This document shows positions 1 to 11,315 of a stretch of 64,000 bases of DNA, one piece after another (position 1 is the stretch's first letter; each line of letters opens with the position of its first letter). Made by a program: the position numbers and the translations under genes. The notes beneath the pieces are model-generated. The model made no database searches. It was not told where the DNA came from and was given only the letters and a program-made list of their open reading frames with translations. The stretch covers positions 2,418,001 through 2,482,000 of the forward strand of contig NC_027216.1 in NCBI RefSeq assembly GCF_000981445.1. Reading direction: 5' to 3'. This stretch comes from Babesia bigemina (lineage: Eukaryota).

Positions 1-2
1 CT

Positions 3-1142
3 CTCACTGGGCAGCTTGATGTTCTACCCATGGAAAATTCAACCGACTTTTCGGGTAGTACAATCGTACATACACCAGCTCATATACCAACGGTCTACAT
101 TCCACAAGACAGTGCTTTCGAGACCTTTGTGCCGTCGGAACCAACAGGCGATCCCATTGCTGATCCCAAGACAAAGCCTCCGCGGAAATCCCTCACTCCG
201 GTAGAAATCGAAGCTCATCCAGGGGTCATGATTGATGAACCGATATGTCAGCTGTATTCCCCAGAGTTGGTTACAAAAAAGGTTCCTAGCACTGATCACA
301 GTATAGCTCCGCCCCGAACTGTGCGTGAGATGCTGTGCTGGCTCAGCGATTTGCCGCATGCCCTGGGATATGCCAATTTAATCAACTACATCTTAAATTT
401 GTTTGAGGGGTCTGAATCAATAGAAGCCATCCCAGAATCTATTTCATCGGACGATGTCACCGAAGCCTTATCCCAATCCTGTAGCCACGCCAGTTCTGTG
501 CTGGCAGGTATCGAAGGGCCTGTGCCCATTGACCTTAACAAGTTGCACTATGAACGCTACGGCGCTCCACTGATGTACTACTCCGAAGACCCCTACACGC
601 TTCTATGCCAATTGCTGAGCTATGTCTACGCCACTTATCATCAGCTATCTTTCCTGCGCACCCAGTGCCGGAGGGACTCCGACCAGGGTGGGTGGCGTGA
701 ATGTCAGTACGGTAAAAATGTAAAGGCATCGGAATATTGGCTCTGCACCAAAGATCCATTAGACCCCATGAAATTACAAAGTCATGGTTGCGACCCTTCC
801 CCCTTGCAAGGTTTTCTCACTGACCAGTCCGATATCTCCACTTACTGGTATCAGAGGAATGATGTATGCCAGAAGAGCCGCATTAAAATGGGTTTTCTTC
901 AGAAACATTTTCGAGATAAGCATAAGCATGGGTTCTATACCTACAACTTGCTGACTGGGGCGTGTTATAATAATGTAGATCCACTTGAGAAACTTTGCCG
1001 ATATCTTGTATGCCTCACCAGAAGGACGCCGCGTACCACCGGGGAGCTTGTGTCCTTCTCCCATCATATCGGCAATGAGTTGCAAGGTATGTGTCAGGGT
1101 TGTCTTTACTTGGCACCGCCATCACCAAGTCGTATGACCTAA
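3..1142 (+). pseudogene. 3' part of a Babesia subtelomeric ves/VESA-associated multigene-family gene, truncated by a probable frameshift; 5' end lies outside the window
   Basis: Frame is open from base 3 (LTGQLDVLPM...). Family-type motifs PPRTVREMLCWL, CQLLSYVYATYHQLSFLRTQC, GWRECQYG, SPLQGFLTD and LTRRTPRTTGELVSF. Family-like sequence (LSLLGTAITKSYD) continues only in a shifted frame after ~1097. Confidence 0.65.
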
Positions 1143-1823
1143 TGCCTAATCTACTACATATCATAGTTGACGGGGTAATACGCTCGGCACTCGGGATGGC
1201 GGGATGTGAGATACAGACGAAATGTGCCCATGCCTTCTCATGTTGTTAGTAAAATGCATTGCTAGGTGGGCGGCCATACACCTCAGTAGCTGACGATTGC
1301 CATTTAAGATGAAGTTGTGGGTCATCTATCGGGTAGACTAATGTCACACAGTAATTTTGTATTTGGATAAATGATCTGTGGAGGCGTGTACATAGGCGAG
1401 ATAATTGGTTATGCCTTTATGTCGTAGGAAATACAGGAAGCTTCAGGCTGTTTAATATAATACACTCAACCGCATGTAACTTTTCAAGGTTTGATGCGTC
1501 TTTGCAAATGCACCAATGCCTATAGTTCCAGCACATTCCATTTCTATTTAAATGTTGTACACCCAATGGCATGCGTTATACATATTGCATGTCTAGTTAA
1601 TGGTATGAACTTTGCTGCGGCAGGGCATAGGTAACATCATCGTACCTCTACAGTACGTATGCGTGCTCCGCACAGATTTTACTTGATTTAAATAAGCTAA
1701 TCTTGGAGAGGTGCGGACAGCTCCTGTGCTATCCCGTGATTGAGAGACGCTTAAAGGCTCGACATAATAAGACCAAACATTTCAGACTAATAGCAGTCGT
1801 TTAAGTAATAACATCATTACAAA

Positions 1824-2585
1824 ATGGTATACAATTCGTTGACTGAAGCCCCGCATACTTTCAGGGAGGGTATTGACTGGTTGATTGCTCTGAAGGGCAA
1901 CGATGCTGAGAAGAACTTGGCTGCCATGGGCGCCGCACTTCACAAGTTCTTGGCAGACAAGCCTGTTGGCAAGATGGAGCTGCCAGCTCTCGAAGAAGTC
2001 AAACGTATTTCTAAGCAATTCGTGGCGCAGCCGGAGCTGAAGTATATGTGGCCGGCGGACGACGTGTTGAGGAGATTCAATGAGCGTATCATTAAAAGCC
2101 ACCGCCAACTCCGCAAAATAGTCTGTACCATATACGACAGCGATTATTTAAACGTCATAAAGTCTAAGAGACTCACCGCTCAAAAAATCACGGAACAATT
2201 AAGTAAAGCTGTGGATGGTTGTGAAAAGTTCCTGGATAAAATCAAAATTCCAGACGAATATAAGTCTGCTTACAGTTCAGAAGCGACTTGGGAGACATCA
2301 TGTTCGGAGAATCCGGAAGCTTGCGCTGTGGTCCTCGTGGGAATCGCGCCAATGTTGTACACAGGATTACGGTTTTTGCAGTGTGGTAGGTTAGCTGACA
2401 ACTGGAATGGGTCATCGGTTGTGGCAACTATAACGGTTGGAAGTCTTTTTCATGCATTGCGTTACTTAGGACCGGAATTCCGCACAAAAATGACTACTTC
2501 AGAAGTAATTAAGGCGTCAAAAAGTATTAGCTATCAAATGTTGGTAACGCTATACGATCTGGCCGGGTTCTGGGCATTCTATTAA
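1824..2585 (+). CDS. Short ves-related (ves2-like) protein, 253 aa
   Basis: N-terminus MVYNSLTEAPHTFREGIDWLIALKG matches the VESA-type SLTxxPxNLKEAIDW motif. Also YKSAYSSEATW, PEACAVVLVGIAPMLY and C-terminal LYDLAGFWAFY, as I recall for the short B. bigemina ves-like family. Confidence 0.75.
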   Translation: MVYNSLTEAPHTFREGIDWLIALKGNDAEKNLAAMGAALHKFLADKPVGKMELPALEEVKRISKQFVAQPELKYMWPADDVLRRFNERIIKSHRQLRKIVCTIYDSDYLNVIKSKRLTAQKITEQLSKAVDGCEKFLDKIKIPDEYKSAYSSEATWETSCSENPEACAVVLVGIAPMLYTGLRFLQCGRLADNWNGSSVVATITVGSLFHALRYLGPEFRTKMTTSEVIKASKSISYQMLVTLYDLAGFWAFY

Positions 2586-3951
2586 GCAGATATTTCGGTT
2601 GAAAACGGAATGCAACTCAACAACCACTGGTTTGGTTTCCGTCAGCCCAATGTGCGGTTGTACAAATTCTTGTGCATTAAAAAATCTTCATCGTAGTTGT
2701 CGCCAATTGGATGCACTATGCTCACACACAACACTGCTGCCATCAGTCGTTGGCGAATAGTGTTCTGAACATCGATTTAATCTCGTTCACAACACGAAGT
2801 GGCAATATCTTGTTCCAAAGTTGCAATTGGTCATCTTTGTATGTATGGCAGACAGCGTGTGGAGACGCGCAGCTCATAAACCACGCTTTAGACTCCATTA
2901 CACCTCATCAAGTGGTCGTCTAGAGAGACGCATTGTATCACATCGTTATAGCACCAGTGCCGGAAGTTCGGAATTCGTTAGTTACAAGGCGTATACACCC
3001 CCACCATAGATTGCATCGCTCAACAGAGAACTCTTTTATCATAGCTAGATTTAGACACAAACTTTATCACTTACCACATACACACGTACATCGTTGTATT
3101 CACAGTTGTTGACGATATAAGCTGCCTACGTGGCATGCCACGTCGGGAACGCTAGATGGGAGTGGAACGGGGTCCGTGCGAGTGACGTCCAACACGCGTT
3201 GCAACGGCGTGACGCGCGCCTTTCAACCTACACTACAGCACAGGGCATAGTGTGGTAGACGTGGGAACCAGTACTATAAGAATGCAGACTCAGAACACTA
3301 TACCACTTGATACACGGGTGGAGCGGCGTGGCTCACATTATATCTTATATATTCCTATGAGTTTCACAAAATTCGCACATAATAGCAAACATAATGCGAC
3401 CATCTACAAATATGTATTCCGATAATTTCCTATAGCTCCTCTGGCACAGATGGCTGCCCCTGTTGCCATTTCATCTACTCCGAATGCCTTATACACTGAC
3501 GTAAAGAGAATACGAAACATTCACGGCGTAATAAGCATCATAACAAAGATTATAATACGACAGAATCCGTGTAGTGCTATAGTGAGATTGCAAACTGTGG
3601 TTTTAGGGAAATCGGATGTTTTGATCAAAATTCCCGTAGAACCATCAAAGCTACGCGCCGCGTTCTCTATTAGCCAGCAGACATAAATTTATAGTTACAT
3701 GCTTATAACGTGGATGATCTATTCCTAACGAATCACCGTAGTCCAATTACCCTATCCCTCCGCAACACTGAGGAATGAGTGACCACTGCAGTTCGCCCAT
3801 ATTCCAAATGTTTAATCCTGCAGCGTATTTCATGCCTCATTAATGTACAAACACGCATTAATGGTTATGTTGCAATTTAAGCTTGAGAGACAGCTTTTTA
3901 GCATGTTCACGCCGTTCAGCGTGGAAACAGTGACCGGCTATGGCGACTCCA

Positions 3952-4647
3952 CTAAGTGCTAGACGCTACGCTCAAGTCACCGCTGCCCGATTCTTGAGAA
4001 TGCATAGATATTATTTCCACCCTCTCTACATGTTCGGCTTCGTTTCGACTTCCATGGATGGTGCTGCGTTCGTGGTTCAGCGACGGCATGTCCGCTATAT
4101 CGCAGGGGTGGCCGACATAGGCACACATGTCGTGCGAAATGTTGTAATATCTAAGAAGTCTCCACATACCTATGGCGGGGCTAACTCCCATAGGAGTCAG
4201 CTGCATGGCTCCCCTCGGATCTCTACGAAGGTTGTACAGGATGTTGTCCAAAGCTCCCAACACGCGCACAACCTCACCATAATGGTATACAAGTATTTGC
4301 GATATATCGCTGTTCACTATTTGGTCCCTCGTGCAGATATGCAGCTCAGACTGCACGCCGTGCTTGGCCATGACAGCACTGATCGACGACGCCTCCGATC
4401 CTAGAATCAGCCAGTTGTCGAACGAGCAGAATATGGTATATACTTGGTGACTTGTAAAAACAACGGCATCGACGATTTTCTTCAGCGCACTCTTACTAAA
4501 GTATGTCCCGTGTACCAATCTTCCCTGCTTGTCTAGAACAACGGCGCCGCTGTGGTATACCCCTGGGAATCCGTTGTATACGGGTAGCCCGTCGTAAACA
4601 TCGTATAACATTCTGATGGAATCTTCCCTTCCTCGACCTGTGGCGGG
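3952..4647 (-). pseudogene. Degenerate Cof-type HAD-superfamily hydrolase
   Basis: PATGR (motif II) directly after an in-frame TAA at 4650-4648. YNGFPGVYHSGAVVLD resembles piroplasm Cof hydrolases. Motif III/IV region reads GVSPAIG...YVGHPCDI instead of GxSKx.G...GDGxND. No motif I (DxD) found. Confidence 0.6.
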
Positions 4648-5252
4648 TTATGCAACGGAAATTTATGGCGCCGATGCCGCCATTGCGAATCACGGCAATA
4701 TGCACTCAAATGTAATATCGCATGTTTTACAAGTAATATACCTCTTCATTTAATGCAAAACACTAGACAATACAGCCATATTGCACTTATGAAAGCTGGT
4801 TGCGAACAATCGATTGGCTTTGCGCAGGGGATTTGTAGCATTGCCACGCCCATGACCGGCAGGGGACGCGGTCGCGGAAAATTACTGCAAGCGACCGTGA
4901 AACTCACACATAGCACCTAATACCCGTAGGATGGGACTTAAACATAACACAAAAATATTTACATTTATCCCATGCATACCCAGGGTACCGGTTGCCCAAA
5001 ACTAGACAGGCAACTTGGACACAGGCTACACATACCTGTGCAGAAAAATGCGACTTGCCCCGATCCACAAGCGTCCATGAACGTCTCCGCATTACGGCGG
5101 CTCACGGACCGGAAGGGCGCACCAAACGCGGCGTCCACGTCGAAGGCCACGTACGGGACGCTCCGCTCAAAACGCGGGAGGAAACCCATCGCCTCCCTGC
5201 TACAGGTGCTCGACAGTATTGTACATTAATCGAGTTTCGATTTTTACTGCAT

Positions 5253-6809
5253 TTATACCAATTTCGACAGCATAGCCTGGAACTCCGCGAAGTCGATCAC
5301 CCCGTCGTTGTTGGTGTCCACCTCATGGAGTACGCGCTGCCAGTCCTCCTCGCTGACGTCGGTCACGCCGAAGAGTTTGCCCAATTCGGCAGATGAAATA
5401 CTTCCGGAATTGTCGGCGTCGAACAGCTTGAACGCCTTCTCCAGGCGCTCCTTTTGCATGAAGTTGCGGCGGTCCATCGCGACAGTGAGGAATTCGCTGT
5501 AGTCGATGAAGCCGTTTTTGTCGAAGTCGATGTCCTGCAAAATCTGGTCGACCTGTTCCTCCACCTTGACCACCTCGGAGTCGTCGAGGGGCGATCCCTT
5601 GAGGTGCAGGTACTCCGAGAATCCCCGGATGAGCTCGTTGCGGTCGAGCTGTCCGTCGCCGTTAGTGTCCATCCTGCGGAAAATAGTGGTCAGGTGGTTG
5701 CTCTCCTCCTTCGTGATGAGCTTTGAGCCAATGTAGAGCAGTGCGGCCTGCGACAGCTTCTGCGTATAGTAGAAGGACTTCATGTTGTTGATGGAGAGCT
5801 CCAGGCTTGGGAGGTCCACGCCGTAATCCCTGGTCATGTAGGTGAGCCAGTGGTGCTCGAGCGCCTCGTTGGCGCTGATGCGCTTGGCCGGGTTGTAGGT
5901 GATCATGCGCGAGATGAGGTCCTTTGCGCTCTCCGACACCTTGCGCCACTGCGGGAGGTCGAAGGTGTACTTGCCCGTCTGCACCTTCTTGATGATTTCG
6001 GACTCGTTGGCGCCGTTGAATGGCGGGAAACCGCACAGCAGAATGTACAGAATCACACCGATCGACCATATGTCGCACTTGCTGTCGTAGACGCCCTTGA
6101 GCACGTCTGGCGCGATGTAGTACGCGGTGCCGATCTTGTCCTTCATCTTGGAGTTCAGGTCGCAGTACGTGGATAGACCGAAGTCGATGATCCTGATGTT
6201 GGCGTTGGGTTCCTTGGACTCAAGCAGCAAGTTCTCGGGCTTGAGGTCGCGGTGCACGACGTTCTGCTTGTGCATGTAGTTGATACCGCTGAGCACCTGC
6301 TTGATAATCTTCGCGGCGTCCTGCTCTGAGAAGCACTTCCGGCTGACAATTTCGTCGAACAGCTCGCCACCGGTGTAGAGCTCCGTGACGAAGTAGTAGT
6401 ACTTCTCGTCCTCGTAGAACTCGAAGATCTTCATGATGTTCGGGTGATCCAGCGACTTAAGCACGTTGACCTCACGCAGAAGCGACTCATGGTCTCCCTT
6501 GCGCTTGACGGAGCTCTTCAGGATCACCTTCACGGCGTACTGCTGCCCGGTCTCGCGGTTGAGGCAGAGCAACACCTCGCCGAATGACCCCTTTCCAAGT
6601 AGTTTGACGGCTTTGTAGTTATCACGGAACGACCCATTGGCACATGTGACGAACATGCCAGGTGTGGCTTTTAGAGAGCTGGCACGTATCTTTGCGGAGC
6701 CGACACTTTCGCCAGCCTTCGCGGCAGAATTCTCGGTGTTACCGCGCAGTCTGGCGAATTTTTCAGCCATAGTGTCGTTCCGTCGGGAAAAAGGTATGCA
6801 AAAACACAT
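5253..6809 (-). CDS. CDPK4: Calcium-dependent protein kinase (PfCDPK4/TgCDPK1 orthologue group), intronless
   Basis: Kinase motifs [25 protein letters not shown] and [11 protein letters not shown]; junction [12 protein letters not shown]-hand loops [36 protein letters not shown] and [12 protein letters not shown]. Confidence 0.95.
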   Translation of the reverse strand: MCFCIPFSRRNDTMAEKFARLRGNTENSAAKAGESVGSAKIRASSLKATPGMFVTCANGSFRDNYKAVKLLGKGSFGEVLLCLNRETGQQYAVKVILKSSVKRKGDHESLLREVNVLKSLDHPNIMKIFEFYEDEKYYYFVTELYTGGELFDEIVSRKCFSEQDAAKIIKQVLSGINYMHKQNVVHRDLKPENLLLESKEPNANIRIIDFGLSTYCDLNSKMKDKIGTAYYIAPDVLKGVYDSKCDIWSIGVILYILLCGFPPFNGANESEIIKKVQTGKYTFDLPQWRKVSESAKDLISRMITYNPAKRISANEALEHHWLTYMTRDYGVDLPSLELSINNMKSFYYTQKLSQAALLYIGSKLITKEESNHLTTIFRRMDTNGDGQLDRNELIRGFSEYLHLKGSPLDDSEVVKVEEQVDQILQDIDFDKNGFIDYSEFLTVAMDRRNFMQKERLEKAFKLFDADNSGSISSAELGKLFGVTDVSEEDWQRVLHEVDTNNDGVIDFAEFQAMLSKLV

Positions 6810-7211
6810 TTAGGCGGTGCGCCGGGTGACCCTAGGCGCTGCTCATAACCGGAGTCAGAGAGCGGTGTGAAGGCAAGCTTCCGTTTACTAATTGGTATTT
6901 TACAATACTGCAGTAATTTTTAGCAAAATGTATGCAGTGACACCGGCTCAATGGCGCTCCTCTCAGGCGACATCACATACAGTGTAGTGGCATGCCCGGC
7001 GCAAAAGTGGGACGCGGCATACAGATGTGTGAGAAAAGGAGCCCTCCATGATCTAGCTAGGCATTTCCTACACATACGACAAAGAACAACCGATCTTCCA
7101 CCATTTTGAACCGTTGGAACCGTCTGTATTCCTTCCAGACAATAGACGCGTCGCGCCCGCATCCGCGTAGTCCGGGAGCCGATTTACAATTACACATCGA
7201 GCAGCATAGAT

Positions 7212-8809
7212 TTAGAGGAAGTTGAGATATCTGTCCTGTAGCTCCAGGAAGTTCTCAAACTCCTCGTTGTTCATGTGCTGCTGGTAATCCTGCGCCTCTG
7301 TCAGTGGGAAGGAACGCCCCAACTTGGTGATGTAGAACGTTATATCCTCTGCCTTCTCCATCTGTTCGCTTTCTTCCACCACATTTGCCTGCTCGGCAGG
7401 CGCGGAATCTTGCGACTTCGCATCCGCCTGGGTGCCGGACGACGCCTCGTTTAGCAGCTTAGTAGCCAGCGTGACCTGGTTAGTTGTCGCGGTCTCTTGC
7501 TTGAGCGTGTGGTGCATGCGGAACTTGATTTTGCTGGTTTTGCCGTTGCTGGAGAGGGTGGTAGTGGTGTGCCTCGTAACCTCAGCAAGCAGCGACTTCA
7601 CAATGGGCTTGGCCGGCGCGGCGGTTAAGCTCTCGCTGGTGTCGCTGGTGCCACTCACGACGCTCGACGCTCCGCCCACAGTGCTGATCGCGGCACTATC
7701 CTGAGCAGCTCCGTCTTCCTCCTTGTTCACTATCTTCTCCTTCCCCCTGATGTACACGGCGAACTGCGGGACCTCCATGCCCCAGGCGGCCGCCAGGCAC
7801 TTCTTCAGGTTCCTGACCTGCTCCTCACACCGTTGCTGTTGCGATGAATAGATGGAATCTTTGGTGGCTTTGTCCTAAACCTCATTACGAACGCCGTTAC
7901 GCGCAACCCACATCAAGTTCGACCTTGGAGCCGCAGTAGCAGATGAAGTGCGCGTCGAACCCGTCCATCTCGAGTTTTTGCACCTCCAAGCTGTCATATA
8001 TGGCATTGCAGGATGGGCAGACAAAGCGGTCACACTCGTGCAGACTTCTACGCCGCTGCATCAGCATCTCCTCCATTTTGCTGAGCTTGTAGTGCACTGC
8101 CAAAATGAAGTAGCTGCTCAGCCTCCAGAAGGTCTGCGCGTTGCTCTGAGGTGGCGGCGGCAGGATGTCCCTGGAGCTGCACGGCATTACTCCTTGCAAA
8201 CGCTGGCGCGCACAGCGGCAAATTCACTGCAACAGCACACGGTGGACAACGGCTGAAAAGGCAACAGGCACAAGCACACTCCGACATGAAAACCATCATC
8301 AACACAGCCAAAATGCCATAATACAATACAACACACGATGTACACCGTTATCTACAGCAAACTGGAATGGCCGCCAAACAGAATCCACGGGAGACGATTC
8401 GCCGGTGCCACCCCAAATACCACCACCCAACGTGGACACGTAACGACAACAACGTAATACGCCATCAATCCGCAACCGATACCTACCTCCTTGGCTGACG
8501 CACAGGCTTAGCGAGGATGTCTGTAGTCTGCCCCGTGGTGACCCTGCTCACCAGGCCGTGACGCTCCAGCTTCACCAGGAACTCGTGCACCTTACGCTCC
8601 GGCAGCCCCAACTCGGACTCGATGTCGCGCTCCGTGATCGCGCGCTCGACCGCAAGCAGCAGGTCCGCTATCACGATCTCCTCGTCGCAGCAGAACAGCC
8701 TGGTGCAGCTCTCCACCAGCGCCGCGAAGGTTTCCTTGTCGTAGGCCTTGCGCGTGGTGTTGACCATGATGGAGCCGACGCCGCCCTTAACGGGCGGATC
8801 GGTCGCCAT
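7212..8809 (-). CDS. Transcription initiation factor IIE alpha-like; exons 8809-8487, 8176-7912, 7874-7212
   Basis: Winged-helix region (ERDIESELGLPERKVHEFLVKLERHGLV) and zinc ribbon CPSCNAIYDSLE...FICYCGSKV. GT-AG introns of 310 and 37 nt keep the frame (323+265+663 nt). Confidence 0.8.
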
Positions 8810-8810
8810 T

Positions 8811-9050
8811 TTAGCTCTCCCCGACGAATGTCGTTATCCACGCGTTCACTTCATGTTGCACGGCCTTGAGGTGCTCCGAGGGGCTGTCCGACGTGACGTC
8901 GAGGGCGACGACGGCAGGCTCTGCGTTGAGGGCGGAGCCGGGGGCGCGAGCACCCAGACGAAGCCTCGCCTCCGACTTGATGAGCGACGTCGTGACTGTC
9001 TGCGTGATTTCTACGGGGTCGCGATCGGCGATCTCATCCCGCTTCTCCAT
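8811..9050 (-). CDS. Small hypothetical protein (79 aa) ending 1 nt upstream of the TFIIE-alpha ATG
   Basis: ATG at 9050, TAA at 8813-8811. Strong G/C third-position bias like neighbouring real genes. Confidence 0.5.
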   Translation of the reverse strand: MEKRDEIADRDPVEITQTVTTSLIKSEARLRLGARAPGSALNAEPAVVALDVTSDSPSEHLKAVQHEVNAWITTFVGES

Positions 9051-9431
9051 TGACCGCGACAGTACTGGTTGGGGGTGTGTCGCGTCCAAGAATTCCCAAG
9101 AATCCCACCTAGCGTGCAGAAAGGATGGGTTTAGACGCCACTAGAGGCGTTAGCGATGTCTGGAGTCCCTGCGCTCGGATGGGCGCTGTCCACGTCTGGA
9201 CGCGGCGGAGCCCGACTAGGCCTACGGGTGAGCCGTCCCCAGCGGTTATCACTTTCCATCGTAGGCCTTCTGTCCAGAGCGACGGCCGAAATTTTATATA
9301 TTTTAGAGTATAGGCTATCGCTAACGAGGTGGGTTTCTTGAGTGTCTGTCGCTGCGAGTTGTGCCGCTCCGACGGCCTGCCTGCTGAGTGGCCACACTGT
9401 GTTTACCGTTTCTCACCGCACCGCAGGCAAA

Positions 9432-9870
<439 letters not shown>

Positions 9871-11315
9871 GCGTGTTAGCTCCCTACGCCGGCACACGCG
9901 CGGCGCTACCGGCAGGACTTTGAACACGTAATTGTATCTGCGTTGGCAATGTTTTGTGGGTACATGTGTAGCTATGGAGGTTGTCGTAAGCCTAGTGGCA
10001 CTGCTGTGTGGAAACATGCTAACAGAGCAGCGTTCTGGGTAGCGGGTGTGATTTGCTACGTATAATTGGCTTCTGATAGCGCTTGTGTTAATGTAATACC
10101 ACAAACACAAGTGTATAACGCGGTTGCTGCGTGATCGATGAGAGTATTCTTTACACTTAGCGCGAGTGTAACCTCTTTCGTGATGTCAAACAGATATCCC
10201 GAATAGAACAACTACTATACACCAAACACATTAGATAACTATTTCTGGAAACGACGCAATATACGTCGGCAGCAGCCACGACATCGCTCACAGATACCAG
10301 GATGCAACGAAAAAACCACGGCGCTCGAATAAGTTGCACTAAACACACCATACGTTTTACGCATATTGATAGAGCGTCTATACTTTACATTTCTAAAGAA
10401 GTTGGTTTGATAATCTCGTAGCACATACGCCATGAATCACTGAACGCGGAAGCGGTGTTGCAAAATGACACCATCAACGACCGATAAAATCGTAAAATGA
10501 CGCTAAATGACACGGGAGTGTGCATACAATTCACACTGACGAGACATAATAACCGATAGGTATTCATGCAGCGACTACGACGAGCCCCGAACGCAGGGTG
10601 AAAAAAAAAATCGGCGAATCCATTTCATTATGATAGGCACATACACTGATAAGCGTGGCGATTGGAGGCAAAATATAGAAAGTGCATTTGGTAAATGATG
10701 TGTGATGTCGGCGTTACATGATGCATACCGCAAAATTCGCATACACATCACGCTAGCAACCGCCATTTATAATCTAACGACATGTTATACAACATCTGAT
10801 ATACGTTTATGAGACACTACCGATCTCGACAAACAAATGTATCGCGTCGCCACTAAAGGATGTGTCAGGGACGGTTTCCCATAAATGGCAGAATGTGGTA
10901 CCAAGTCGCGAAAGATAACCAAGTCCAATGTAACAAATATATCGTCAACTGATAATGAAAGCGTTTTGATTCTTTCCACAACGTTGCACACATGTATGTT
11001 GCGTAGTCACGGAATGTTGTAGCATTTGCTTAGCGAATAATTTACATCCCTAACCACTGGTGATGCGCAACGCATCATTCAATGTGTTTATCTTTGGAGG
11101 ATATCCAGACAGAGGCCATAGGCTTTACACCCATTTGCCTTATCACCTAACCGCACAAGCGACCCCAGATTGATCTGTGTTGCTTCCTTCCTCGGCGAGA
11201 ACTTTTGAATGAGACCCTAAGCGGCGATTTTTTCACTATTTTACAAATTGAATACTATTTTTATATAGACGGAGCATAGTGCATCTTTATAATATCGCTT
11301 CTCCATCGTGTTAAG

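Noticed and set aside
2600..3900. Possible second decayed gene in the island
   Set aside because: Only interrupted frames without a convincing family motif.
9880..11300. Long, more AT-rich intergenic region with small ORFs
   Set aside because: No coding bias, repeat or RNA motif recognised; likely UTR/promoter.
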